Below are positions 27,343-35,656 of a stretch of 35,656 nucleotides of DNA, piece after piece. The notes under the pieces were generated by a model. It saw only the letters and a list, made by a program, of their open reading frames with translations, did no database searches and had not been told where the DNA came from. A program made the position numbers and the translations under genes. The DNA lies in NCBI GenBank assembly GCA_964578025.1, contig CAZOBT010000001.1, forward strand, positions 1-35,656. Reading direction: 5' to 3'. Source of the stretch: an uncultured Rhodocyclaceae bacterium (GTDB lineage: Bacteria; Pseudomonadota; Gammaproteobacteria; Burkholderiales; Rhodocyclaceae). Position 1 is the first letter of the stretch. Each line of letters opens with the position of its first letter.

Positions 27343-27377
27343 ACAAAAAAGCCACCGGCTTTGCAGCGGGTGGCTTT
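27343..27377 (-). terminator. Hairpin plus T-run after rpsU (internal attenuator of the macromolecular-synthesis operon)
   Basis: Minus strand AAAGCCACC...GGTGGCTTT followed by TTTGTTT, 21 nt after the rpsU stop. Confidence 0.65.
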
Positions 27378-27397
27378 GTTCCAGCAGTTTGCCCAGA

Positions 27398-27610
27398 TTA
27401 GTACATCTTGGGGGGCAAGGTCTGGCTGCGCAGACGCTTGTGCAAACGCTTAACCGCCGCTGCGAGCTTACGCTTACGCTCGGTGGTGGGCTTTTCGTAG
27501 AACTCACGGGCACGCAGTTCGGTCAACAGACCAGTTTTTTCAACAGAACGCTTGAAGCGGCGGATGGCAACTTCAAACGGCTCGTTTTCCTTAACGCGAA
27601 TGCTAGGCAT
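27398..27610 (-). CDS. rpsU: 30S ribosomal protein S21
   Basis: 70 aa: [48 protein letters not shown]... Confidence 0.98.
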   Translation of the reverse strand: MPSIRVKENEPFEVAIRRFKRSVEKTGLLTELRAREFYEKPTTERKRKLAAAVKRLHKRLRSQTLPPKMY

Positions 27611-27843
27611 TGAATCACTTCCTGAATCAGAGAGTCAGCAGCAGGGACAAAAACTACAATCCAAGCTGTGGGTTGGCTAAATACAACTAATTACGAAACA
27701 GTCAAAACTCTTGCTTGACGCTCGACCGTAACAGTCATTCAGCCAAGCGACAAAATTTAGCCCTCTATTATAACCAGATGATTTCGAGAACACCAAGTGA
27801 CTTACATGGTTGGATTGGTCATAGTCAGGTAAAATCGCGCCCC

Positions 27844-28899
27844 ATGCTAGTACTTGGTATTGAATCTTCTTGTGACGAAACCGGCATTGCCCTTTACGAC
27901 AGTGAAATGGGCTTGCTGGCGCATCGTCTGCATTCGCAAATTGCAATGCACGCCGAATATGGCGGTGTCGTGCCAGAATTGGCTTCACGCGACCATATCC
28001 GCCGCCTCATTCCTTTATTACGGCAAACCCTTGCCGCCACAGGGCGCAGCTTGTTGGATGTGGATGCGATTGCCTACACCCAAGGCCCTGGCTTATCCGG
28101 TGCGTTATTGGTTGGCTCATCCTTTGCCGAAGCCCTTGGTTTAGCCTTAGGCAAGCCAATGTTGCCGGTGCATCATTTAGAGGGACATTTGCTCTCGCCC
28201 TTGCTTTCTGCGAAACCGCCAACTTTTCCCTTTGTCGCCCTGTTGGTTTCAGGTGGGCATACGCAGTTAATGGAAGTTACCGGGGTGGGCGAATATCGTT
28301 TGCTCGGCGAAACCTTAGACGATGCCGCCGGGGAAGCCTTTGATAAAACGGCAAAATTGCTTGGTCTGCCCTATCCGGGCGGAGCATTGCTTTCGCGTTT
28401 AGCCGAAAGCGGCGAACCGGGCGTATATACCTTCCCGCGCCCGATGTTGCATCAAGGTTTAGATTTCAGCTTTTCTGGGCTAAAAACTGCCGTGTTAACG
28501 CAAGTGCGGCAGTTAAACCAAGCCAATGCCGAGTTAAATGTGGGCTTAGAGGCGGGGTTGAGCGAGCAAGACAAAGCCAATTTAGCCCATAGTTTTCAAG
28601 AAGCGATTGTGGAGGTTTTAGTGCACAAATCGCTACGCGCCTTGAAAGCCACGGGCTTAAAACGCTTAGTGGTTGCAGGCGGCGTTGGCGCGAATCGGCA
28701 ATTACGCGATGCCTTAAACACCATCGCCGCACGGCGGCGGTTTGCGGTTTTTTACCCAGAATTAGAATACTGCACGGATAACGGCGCGATGATCGCCCTT
28801 GCTGGATCATTGCGTTTGCAACACGGAGCCACCGCCCGTCCAGCCGGTAGCTTCGCCGTGCGCCCCCGTTGGCCGTTAGCTGAGTTAATGCAAGATTAG
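27844..28899 (+). CDS. tsaD: tRNA N6-adenosine threonylcarbamoyltransferase TsaD (Gcp)
   Basis: The ORF is open from 27715, but the conserved N-terminus [14 protein letters not shown] starts at ATG 27844. Metal site [11 protein letters not shown]. Divergent from rpsU, as in E. coli. Confidence 0.93.
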   Translation: MLVLGIESSCDETGIALYDSEMGLLAHRLHSQIAMHAEYGGVVPELASRDHIRRLIPLLRQTLAATGRSLLDVDAIAYTQGPGLSGALLVGSSFAEALGLALGKPMLPVHHLEGHLLSPLLSAKPPTFPFVALLVSGGHTQLMEVTGVGEYRLLGETLDDAAGEAFDKTAKLLGLPYPGGALLSRLAESGEPGVYTFPRPMLHQGLDFSFSGLKTAVLTQVRQLNQANAELNVGLEAGLSEQDKANLAHSFQEAIVEVLVHKSLRALKATGLKRLVVAGGVGANRQLRDALNTIAARRRFAVFYPELEYCTDNGAMIALAGSLRLQHGATARPAGSFAVRPRWPLAELMQD

Positions 28900-28945
28900 T
28901 CGTTTAGTCGTTGTTTCGTCGTTGTATAAAATAAAAGACCAAATT

Positions 28946-28990
28946 AAAAATAAGCCAATAAACCAAGTTAAATATGGCTTATTGGCTTAT
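28946..28990 (-). terminator. Possible terminator of plsY in the convergent tsaD/plsY gap
   Basis: 10-bp inverted repeat ATAAGCCAAT (28950-28959) / ATTGGCTTAT (28981-28990). The loop is large at 21 nt. A T5 run follows on the minus strand. Confidence 0.35.
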
Positions 28991-29004
28991 AGACTAAAAG
29001 TGGT

Positions 29005-29604
29005 TTAACTTTTCTTTTTGCTGCCGATTTTGCTTTCTTGCCCAGCGAGCAAGCGTTGGATATTGCCCCAATGTTTGCCAATGAGGGCAAGGCTTAACAA
29101 GCCAACGACTAACAACAAATCACCATGATTGCCTTCTAAAAATCCGGCGTACATTGGTGCAGCAGCGGCAGCCAGAATCGCAGCGAGGGAAGAGTAGCGC
29201 GACAGATAAGCTACGGCGATCCAAGTGCCTAGTACCAATAGACCAAGTACAGGATTGAGGCCAAGTAGTACGCCTGCGGCGGTTGCTACGCCCTTTCCGC
29301 CCTTAAAGACCAAAAAAATTGGGAATAAATGTCCAACAAAGGCGGCAAGGCCAACCCAAGCAATCAGGTTATCGCTGAGGCCATAACGCTGCGCTACAAA
29401 CACCGCAACCCAGCCTTTTAAGGCATCACCAAGCAGGGTAAACAAGGCCGCTTTTTTGTTACCACTGCGTAAAACGTTAGTTGCACCGGGATTGCCTGAA
29501 CCGTAGTGACGGGGGTCAGCCAGACCATAAAACCGTGAAACAACGACAGCAAAAGGGACAGAGCCAAGTAAATAGGCTAGAACGAGGGCGATAAGGATTT
29601 CCAT
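29005..29604 (-). CDS. plsY: Glycerol-3-phosphate acyltransferase PlsY
   Basis: The ORF is open to 29763, but the conserved start MEILIALVLAYLLGSVPF is at ATG 29604 (200 aa). Motif GSGNPGATNVLR. Confidence 0.92.
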   Translation of the reverse strand: MEILIALVLAYLLGSVPFAVVVSRFYGLADPRHYGSGNPGATNVLRSGNKKAALFTLLGDALKGWVAVFVAQRYGLSDNLIAWVGLAAFVGHLFPIFLVFKGGKGVATAAGVLLGLNPVLGLLVLGTWIAVAYLSRYSSLAAILAAAAAPMYAGFLEGNHGDLLLVVGLLSLALIGKHWGNIQRLLAGQESKIGSKKKS

Positions 29605-29685
29605 AGTTGGACAAAGTAAGCCAAGTAAAATGGCGGACAATTTTACACGGCATCCCCTTTTTACTACGGATTTAAGATAGGTTTT

Positions 29686-30057
29686 ATGGACACCATTTTT
29701 ATTAAAGACCTGAAAGTTGAAACGTGGATTGGCATTTATCCACGCGAAAAAGCCATGCCGCAATCGGTATTGATGTCATTGGAAATTGGTACATCCACTG
29801 TCTCAGCGGGCAATAGCGACAATTTAGGCGACACCATTGATTACGCAGAAGTCGTGGCGAAAATTCGCGCTGATGCCGCCGCCCAGCATTTCAACCTATT
29901 GGAACGCCTCGCTGAACATATTGCTAATTTGGTGCTCTATGAATTTGGTGCGCAATGGGTGCGTTTATCGATTGCCAAGTTGGGCATGATGCCGGGGGTG
30001 GGGCAAGTTGGTGTCTGTATTGAACGTTTTTCCCACCAGCTACAGGTTAATAAATAA
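29686..30057 (+). CDS. folB: Dihydroneopterin aldolase
   Basis: 123 aa. MDTIFIKDLKVETWIGIYPREK and TIDYAEV are typical of FolB. Divergent from plsY, as in E. coli. Confidence 0.88.
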   Translation: MDTIFIKDLKVETWIGIYPREKAMPQSVLMSLEIGTSTVSAGNSDNLGDTIDYAEVVAKIRADAAAQHFNLLERLAEHIANLVLYEFGAQWVRLSIAKLGMMPGVGQVGVCIERFSHQLQVNK

Positions 30058-30123
30058 TAGGAAATGTATCATTATGTAAATAATGATAAATCTGGCAAAA
30101 ACAAAACAATTTCCTATTATTTA
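30051..30123. repeat. Nested perfect inverted repeats: 15-bp outer arms and a 9-bp inner hairpin with a GTAA loop
   Basis: Outer arms TAAATAATAGGAAAT (30051-30065) and ATTTCCTATTATTTA (30109-30123). Inner arms TATCATTAT (30067-30075) and ATAATGATA (30080-30088). The structure overlaps the folB stop codon. Confidence 0.85.
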
Positions 30124-30220
30124 AATACTATGTTTCGTATGATTGTGCTGCTGTGTAGCAACTTGCCTGTTGCAGTGATTTTGTGACAGCTATCCTAGAT
30201 TTTGAGCAATGAGATAAAAG

Positions 30221-30850
30221 ATGAAGAGTCGTTTTAATCGGATATATAAAAGTGCTATGTGTTGTCTCCGAATAGCAAAGAATATTTTTCTATTTTTATT
30301 ATTGCCTAGTTGTGCATATGCTCAAACAATAGTTGCACCTAACCTCATGGTTATCTTTGCTAATGGTTATTCCATGAACTATTTCTTAGATAATCCAACC
30401 AAGAAAGATGTCCCTGGGGATACGATTGATACAAAAAAACATGACCATTTCAATGACTTAGGGGACATTGACTATTACGGAACTATTTATCCTAAATGGG
30501 GAACGATGTGGTCTGAGAAGTATTACGGCGAGTACAAAAAAAGCAAGATGTATATCGCCAAGCAAGCACTAGGTACGGTTTTGAGTACGTCTGTTTCAGA
30601 TAAAATTAATTTCGGCTTTGCGACGTTTCGCCAGACTTTTGGTATGGAGGCGGCCAGCGTCACTCTGACACAACGCAATGCTTATCTTGTGCCTGTGCCT
30701 AAAGACCGCACTATCTATGACAAAACAACCGCAGAGAAACAAGCTTATGGTTATGACGCAAATAATTTTAGTTACACAGATTGGCCATATATTAGGATTG
30801 GCTATGGTGGGCGTACAGCACAACTTGGTCAAGGGGGGGCTGGACTATAA
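30221..30850 (+). CDS. pilY1: PilY1/PilC-like pilus tip adhesin, N-terminal fragment (signal peptide plus start of a vWA-like domain); ends prematurely after a G7 tract
   Basis: Signal peptide IFLFLLLPSCAYA. NLMVIFANGYSMN aligns with the vWA MIDAS strand (DxSxS degenerated). SKMYIAKQALGTVL...INFGFATF is typical of the PilY1 vWA domain. The stop comes 8 nt after GGGGGGG (30833-30839). Confidence 0.7.
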   Translation: MKSRFNRIYKSAMCCLRIAKNIFLFLLLPSCAYAQTIVAPNLMVIFANGYSMNYFLDNPTKKDVPGDTIDTKKHDHFNDLGDIDYYGTIYPKWGTMWSEKYYGEYKKSKMYIAKQALGTVLSTSVSDKINFGFATFRQTFGMEAASVTLTQRNAYLVPVPKDRTIYDKTTAEKQAYGYDANNFSYTDWPYIRIGYGGRTAQLGQGGAGL

Positions 30851-33791
30851 CAAACAAGTCATTGATGACACTTCGGCGAGCTATACCACTGGTGGCTTGA
30901 TTAGTGTTTTTAAATATAACCCTACAGCATCCGATCAATCTTATTCTCATAGTTTGTATGGCTCTTCTTCTGTTTGGAATGACCTTGGTGCAACAGGAAA
31001 TATCAATCCGCCATCACCAACTAATCCAACAGTGACATGGAAACTCTGTAGAACTGAATTTCTTTCCTCTAGCAGCAACAATTTCCAGGCACTCTATTTA
31101 GCCGATAAAGACATGCCTTTTACATACAAAAACATGTATTCTGTTATGTTTATTGCATGGGGAAGCTCATTTGGGACAGATGGCTATATTGGTGGCAATG
31201 CGTTTACAACATGCCCAGCCCAAAATAATGCTGTATTAGAGGCTGGGCAGCGACGTTTGCGTATTGCAAATACCTATCGTTACAAAGGCGACCCTGCACC
31301 AAGAGTCTATTTTTCGGGGATTGCCAATTATGAGTACACGAGTGGTACAGGGATGCGAGGCGTACTCACCGGCTGGTCAGGGGAAACCACATATACCGAA
31401 ACTGATAGTGTAAATCGTACAGGTACGATGACAGCGAAGTACCCATCTGGCTCAGCCAGCCCATATCGTACCAATGCAGATGGACTGAAGAATGATCGGG
31501 CTTGGCTAGTAACTTCAACAACAACCAAAAATGCCACGCAACAAACTAATGCCAATCATATGGGTGTGTTCCTTGATTTGCCCCAACCCAACCTAGGCTA
31601 CCAAGACCAGCGCGGATTGATCAAAGATTTCATGCGTATAGAGCAAATGAATGATTCTGGTTTGGAATATAACCCTAGCAATCAGAGCATTGCTAACGCA
31701 AAAGGGATTGCAGCCAGTACCTATGCTTGGGCATCTGATCAAAGTCCAATTTATGATTCTTTGCATGGAGCATTGGCCTATTACAAAGCATACAAGGCGG
31801 TTGATACGTTTGATAGTTGTCGTTCCAATAACGTATTACTGCTTTTTGATGGTAAGGAAGATGCACACTGGATACTGGTAAATGGGCAACGGGTTTTTGT
31901 TAAACCGTCGGTGATGGCGGCGAAATTATTAGAGATCGGCGTGAAAACCTACGTTGTTTACCTTAGCTCTACTACTGGGGACATTGCTGATGCCAATGCG
32001 ATTGCCTTAGCTGGGGGAACGACTAAAGCCTACGCAGCTACTGATGCAACAACCTTGTTATCCGCCCTTGGGAGTGTGTTCTCTGGCCTTTCTGGTGAGG
32101 TGTTTACCGCCAGCCCCGCCTTACCTAAAACCTTGTCGGATACGGGTAGCTACGCCTATATTGCCTCACAGGAAAGTAATCCAACGGCAGGACACATGAG
32201 TGCCTACCAAGTGAATGCAAAGGGTGTTGTTGCCAGTGCGGCAAGTTGGGATGCTGCCGCATTGATGACCAATCCCAAGCGACAAAACGCACTATTGTCA
32301 AACAAGGCGGATGGAACGATGTTGGCATTTAACAGCCTTGATGATGCGGCTTTCAGTGCTTCTGGATCACCAGATGTTGCCACAATTAAAGCGTTCACAC
32401 TTGACCCTTCCTACAACTCAGGTGCATATCTGGCTGGGCGGAAGTCTGGGAGCTTTTTAGGGGCATTTAGTGATCAGAGTATTGCCCCTTTTATGCTGTT
32501 GCCAACATCAAACAGCCCCTCCTATTTAACTGATGCAAATTACGCCACATTTTTGCAAAACAACAAGTCGCGTACCAAACAAGTTCTGTTTCAGAATGAC
32601 GATGGTTTCCTGTATTCAGTCAATGCCAGCAGTGGTGATTTGCTCTGGGGGTGGTTGCCTCGTCCTCTAGCTGCTAGCCTAAAGAACTACACAACCTTCT
32701 GGAGTTCTGGCGCAATGCGCGGAGGCTCAGTGATTGTTGATGCCCCTGTAGGGAGTGGTTACGCTAGCTATGTGCTGGGTACAGCAAAAAGTGGAGAAAT
32801 CCATTATGCCTTGCGTTTAGATAGCACAGGCACTCCGGCTAAAGTTTCATGGATCAACCAAGTCAGCGGCATGACTTCGCCAACCGCACAAAGTCCGGTG
32901 GCTACCTACCTGTCCTCTGCACCCTACTACAAAACCTATGCCAATTACCTTGGAGTAAGTGGCACGAGCACCACCTTATATACCCAAGAAGTTGGTGATG
33001 GCACGACGGTCACCAGTGGCGCATTGGGACTGTCGCAACCTGCCACCAGTGAATTAGCCGTGAATCAAGGCACAGGTGTTGCCAAACTCTACTTGGGCGA
33101 TAAGGGGGGCGGCGTGTGGTTACTTGATGCCAGCACCTCAGCCGCCACAGCGGCGAGTAGCCTGACCAAGGCGGGGACACACTACAACAATCAACCTGTG
33201 CGCTATGTTGGTGCGTATACATGGAGTGGCAAGGATTATGTGTGGTCAACCAGTGACAGTGGTATCACGGTGTATGTGAAAGATACTACTAGTTCAACAT
33301 GGAAAAATCTTTGGGAGTCCCATGCTGGTGGTGCTGGGAAATGGGATGTTGAGACCTATACCGCTGACTCAACGGGAGCGAATGCGTCAGCAACAGGGAT
33401 ACAAAGTATTCCGAGTGGTTACAAAATTTCTGCCAGCCCCATTGTGGAAAAAGGCGCATTGATTGTGCCAATTACTCAAGCATCCACAACTGCCGCTGCG
33501 TCTTGTTCTGCTGGCGAAGGCTATTACTACTTCTTCCGCCTTGCGGATGGTTTTTTCCCTAAAGGCATTTTTTCCTTAGTTAAAAGCGATGGCACAACCA
33601 CACCATTAGTTGACAACCTCTATATTGGCAAAGGAAAACCGAAAAAGCCAACACCTGCTTTTGGTTCTGGAGGGAAATTCATTTTTGGGATTTCAGAACA
33701 AACAGGAAGCTCTGGTGGGAAAATGCCCGCTGTCAAAGTGGAAGGCTCTACTGGTGGTATTGTTTCTTGGCGAGAAGTAATTTCCCGATAA
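30678..33791 (+). CDS. pilY1: PilY1/PilC-like pilus tip adhesin, C-terminal fragment; real coding in this frame probably begins at the G7 tract near 30840
   Basis: Rest of the vWA-like region (LLLFDGKEDAHW). C-terminal beta-propeller signature VLFQNDDGFLYSVNASSGDLLWGWLP. The frame-0 translation upstream of the G tract looks non-protein-like. Removing one G fuses both fragments into 1189 codons. Confidence 0.75.
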   Translation: MLILCLCLKTALSMTKQPQRNKLMVMTQIILVTQIGHILGLAMVGVQHNLVKGGLDYNKQVIDDTSASYTTGGLISVFKYNPTASDQSYSHSLYGSSSVWNDLGATGNINPPSPTNPTVTWKLCRTEFLSSSSNNFQALYLADKDMPFTYKNMYSVMFIAWGSSFGTDGYIGGNAFTTCPAQNNAVLEAGQRRLRIANTYRYKGDPAPRVYFSGIANYEYTSGTGMRGVLTGWSGETTYTETDSVNRTGTMTAKYPSGSASPYRTNADGLKNDRAWLVTSTTTKNATQQTNANHMGVFLDLPQPNLGYQDQRGLIKDFMRIEQMNDSGLEYNPSNQSIANAKGIAASTYAWASDQSPIYDSLHGALAYYKAYKAVDTFDSCRSNNVLLLFDGKEDAHWILVNGQRVFVKPSVMAAKLLEIGVKTYVVYLSSTTGDIADANAIALAGGTTKAYAATDATTLLSALGSVFSGLSGEVFTASPALPKTLSDTGSYAYIASQESNPTAGHMSAYQVNAKGVVASAASWDAAALMTNPKRQNALLSNKADGTMLAFNSLDDAAFSASGSPDVATIKAFTLDPSYNSGAYLAGRKSGSFLGAFSDQSIAPFMLLPTSNSPSYLTDANYATFLQNNKSRTKQVLFQNDDGFLYSVNASSGDLLWGWLPRPLAASLKNYTTFWSSGAMRGGSVIVDAPVGSGYASYVLGTAKSGEIHYALRLDSTGTPAKVSWINQVSGMTSPTAQSPVATYLSSAPYYKTYANYLGVSGTSTTLYTQEVGDGTTVTSGALGLSQPATSELAVNQGTGVAKLYLGDKGGGVWLLDASTSAATAASSLTKAGTHYNNQPVRYVGAYTWSGKDYVWSTSDSGITVYVKDTTSSTWKNLWESHAGGAGKWDVETYTADSTGANASATGIQSIPSGYKISASPIVEKGALIVPITQASTTAAASCSAGEGYYYFFRLADGFFPKGIFSLVKSDGTTTPLVDNLYIGKGKPKKPTPAFGSGGKFIFGISEQTGSSGGKMPAVKVEGSTGGIVSWREVISR

Positions 33792-33868
33792 AAAGAACCT
33801 AAAATGTCAAAAATGTGAATAGATTGCTATTGTTCGCATAGCTCTTTTCGTATGATCCCCATTACACA

Positions 33869-34417
33869 ATGAAAGAATATGTTGATATGTTGAACTCTTG
33901 CCACCAAGAACATCGATTATTCCCTAGTAAGAACCGTGGTTTTACTCTTGTAGAGTTAATGGTCACGCTAGCTGTATTAGCGATTTTAGTTAAGTTGGCT
34001 TTGCCAAATTACAGCAATTTCGTTGCTAAGAGTCGCCGTACTGAAGCCACAACCCAACTTTTACAGATAGGTGTATTACAAGAACAGTTTTTCCGAGATT
34101 TCCGAGGCTATGCTGCAGGTAGTAGTGCTACTGGCAGTGCGCCAACTTCTCCGAATTACTTGGATGGAAAAATCGCTTGGGCTGCCCCAACGAATGCTTA
34201 TTTTGATTACACCATTGCCCTAGATACGGCAGGAACAACGAATGACATTAAACGGATGAATTTTGTTGCGACGGCAGATGGTAAATCCGGTACGACAGTC
34301 GATAAATATACCTATGCTATTAACAGTGTTGGTATTCGGTGCTTACGTGAAGATAGTGTTGCGGTTGGTTTAACAGCGACTGCTACGGCTTGCCCTAGTG
34401 GTTCAACTGTGTGGTGA
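33869..34417 (+). CDS. pilE: Type IV minor pilin PilE-like
   Basis: Prepilin motif KNRG/FTLVELMVTLAVLAILVKLALPNYSNFVAKSRRTEA. The likely start is ATG 33887. It follows pilY1 as pilE does in Pseudomonas. Confidence 0.75.
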   Translation: MKEYVDMLNSCHQEHRLFPSKNRGFTLVELMVTLAVLAILVKLALPNYSNFVAKSRRTEATTQLLQIGVLQEQFFRDFRGYAAGSSATGSAPTSPNYLDGKIAWAAPTNAYFDYTIALDTAGTTNDIKRMNFVATADGKSGTTVDKYTYAINSVGIRCLREDSVAVGLTATATACPSGSTVW

Positions 34418-35010
34418 ACATGATGTACCCGAGACAAGCGATGTATCGAAGCCAAGGTTTTACCCTTGTTGAGCTAGGGATTACCTTGGCTGTTGTTGGC
34501 ATTTTGCTTTCAATGGCGGTACCCGCTTATGTGCGTACCGTTGCTGAAAACCGTGCTTTTGCCTTTGTTGAAGCCTTGAAAGTGGATGTGCAATGGGCAC
34601 GGACACAAGCGATGGCACATAACACCTACACAACAATTAATTTTACAGACAACAATTGTTCTACTTGGACTGTGTCAGTTAATGGCAATGTTCTTGAGGG
34701 GCGCGGTATGAGCAATGCCGAGTTGGCAAAGAATTATCCGGGAGTTAGTTGTTCGTTTACTGGCTCAACTCCTACCTTTAATGGTGAGGGAATGTGGGTC
34801 GCTAAGTCGATGGGGACTAATCTTAATGTACTTACCCAGGTTTGTTTGCAGTCTGGTGCGAGCCGCTGTGCGCCAAGTCCCTCGTTTGGTTTTTCCGGGT
34901 TCTCTAGTGGAGCCAATGACTTTGTTGTCACCATCGCTGCAACTGGTACAGATCGAAAATGGCAGATGGGTGTAGGTGGTGCTGGTGATTTACGTCTGGT
35001 GGCACAATGA
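34411..35010 (+). CDS. fimT: GspH/FimT-family type IV minor pilin
   Basis: Prepilin motif SQG/FTLVELGITLAVVGILLSMAVP followed by FAFVEALKVDVQWARTQAM (GspH/FimT-like). The likely start is ATG 34420 or 34423. Confidence 0.7.
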   Translation: MVNMMYPRQAMYRSQGFTLVELGITLAVVGILLSMAVPAYVRTVAENRAFAFVEALKVDVQWARTQAMAHNTYTTINFTDNNCSTWTVSVNGNVLEGRGMSNAELAKNYPGVSCSFTGSTPTFNGEGMWVAKSMGTNLNVLTQVCLQSGASRCAPSPSFGFSGFSSGANDFVVTIAATGTDRKWQMGVGGAGDLRLVAQ

Positions 35011-35462
35011 ACGAATTATTTGCCCCAACCAAATGGAAGACACGCGAAGAGGGTATATCCCTAGTTAGTGTGTTGATCGCCATTATTGTGTTTGCCTTTG
35101 GCTCGTTAGCGTTAGTGAATGCCTACGTCAAAAGCAGAGCCGTGGTCACAGATAACAAATATTATTTAACGGCAAGTAATTTGGCTGAGTCATTACGTGG
35201 AACGTTGATCTTCTCTACCACATCACTTGCTGCTGCTAATGGTTTTAGTACCGACGGTAGTTCAGGTGATACCCAACTAGTGGCATGGGGAAATCGGGTA
35301 AAAAATGAATTGCCGTCAGGAAGTGCAACTGTCAAAACGGTTGATCCGGTCACAAGCAGTGATAAAACTTGCACAACAGCACCTTGCACAGTACAGGTAA
35401 CTATTTCGTGGCAAAAAGACCTCAAACATACAAAAACTTACCTTTTACAGATAGGGTTTTAG
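35007..35462 (+). CDS. pilV: Type IV pilus minor pilin PilV-like
   Basis: 151 aa. The N-terminus EEG/ISLVSVLIAIIVFAFGSLAL is typical of PilV. ATGA start/stop overlap with the upstream gene. Confidence 0.65.
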   Translation: MNELFAPTKWKTREEGISLVSVLIAIIVFAFGSLALVNAYVKSRAVVTDNKYYLTASNLAESLRGTLIFSTTSLAAANGFSTDGSSGDTQLVAWGNRVKNELPSGSATVKTVDPVTSSDKTCTTAPCTVQVTISWQKDLKHTKTYLLQIGF

Positions 35463-35465
35463 CAC

Positions 35466-35656
35466 ATGTCTAATTTGCCTAATTCCCGACTAAATTCTCG
35501 ATTCGCATCAGTGCGTGGTTTTGGCCTAGTTGAGCTGATGGTGGCAATTGTTGTCACACTCATCCTTGGTGTTGCTGTGGCTGCTTTGTTTTCTTATTTA
35601 ACAGGTCAAGCGACAAGACAACGAGATGATATAGAAGTGATTCGAGCCTCTCGTGC
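35466..35656 (+). CDS. pilW: Type IV minor pilin PilW-like, 3'-truncated by the window edge
   Basis: Not in the ORF track, which has no stop for it inside the window. My translation from ATG 35466 is MSNLPNSRLNSRFASVRG/FGLVELMVAIVVTLILGVAVAALFSYLTGQATRQRDD..., a prepilin N-terminus with the PilW-like YL.G motif. Confidence 0.6.
   Translation, partial: MSNLPNSRLNSRFASVRGFGLVELMVAIVVTLILGVAVAALFSYLTGQATRQRDDIEVIRASR

Noticed and set aside
27715-27843. N-terminal 43-codon extension of the tsaD ORF, and similarly 29605-29763 for plsY
   Set aside because: The conserved family N-termini begin at the internal ATGs (27844 and 29604). The extensions would cover the divergent promoter regions.
28897-28924. 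Short tandem TAGTCGTT-TAGTCGTT-GTTTCGTCGTTG right after the tsaD stop
   Set aside because: There are only two exact 8-mers plus a degenerate tail. This is too short to interpret and could be chance in a spacer.

Overview
Proteobacterial chromosomal segment of roughly 50% GC. Synteny looks beta/gamma-proteobacterial; I cannot assign a species. There are three blocks. (1) 1-12.9 kb is an MSHA-type type IV pilus operon: mshK (partial), L, M, N, E, G, the major pilin, four prepilin-like minor components and mshQ. It ends with a stand-alone degenerate GGDEF-domain gene. (2) 12.9-30.1 kb is housekeeping: pepP-ubiH, an S1C/PDZ protease, transaldolase, an M48 lipoprotein peptidase, sugE/gdx, a class II Fic protein, tRNA(CAU), and the rpsU-yqeY-dnaG-rpoD operon with divergent tsaD and the plsY/folB pair. 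(3) 30.2 kb to the end is a type IVa pilus tip/minor-pilin cluster: pilY1-like, pilE-like, fimT-like, pilV-like and pilW-like (partial). No CRISPR array, IS element, integrase or rRNA was seen. The main second-look items are listed here. (a) The pilus ATPase MshE carries both c-di-GMP-binding MshEN motifs, and the last operon gene encodes a catalytically dead GGDEF domain that keeps an RxxD I-site at canonical spacing. (b) The pilY1-like adhesin gene is split by a frameshift at a G7 homopolymer. (c) The 9-mer ATTTGGTCT occurs 7 times, 6 of them intergenic, and two copies extend to ATTTGGTCTGAA, which resembles a neisserial DNA-uptake sequence. (d) Three exact GGACATTTTTTT copies lie in the fic / small-ORF divergent region. 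(e) Several noncoding regions are rich in inverted and direct repeats.
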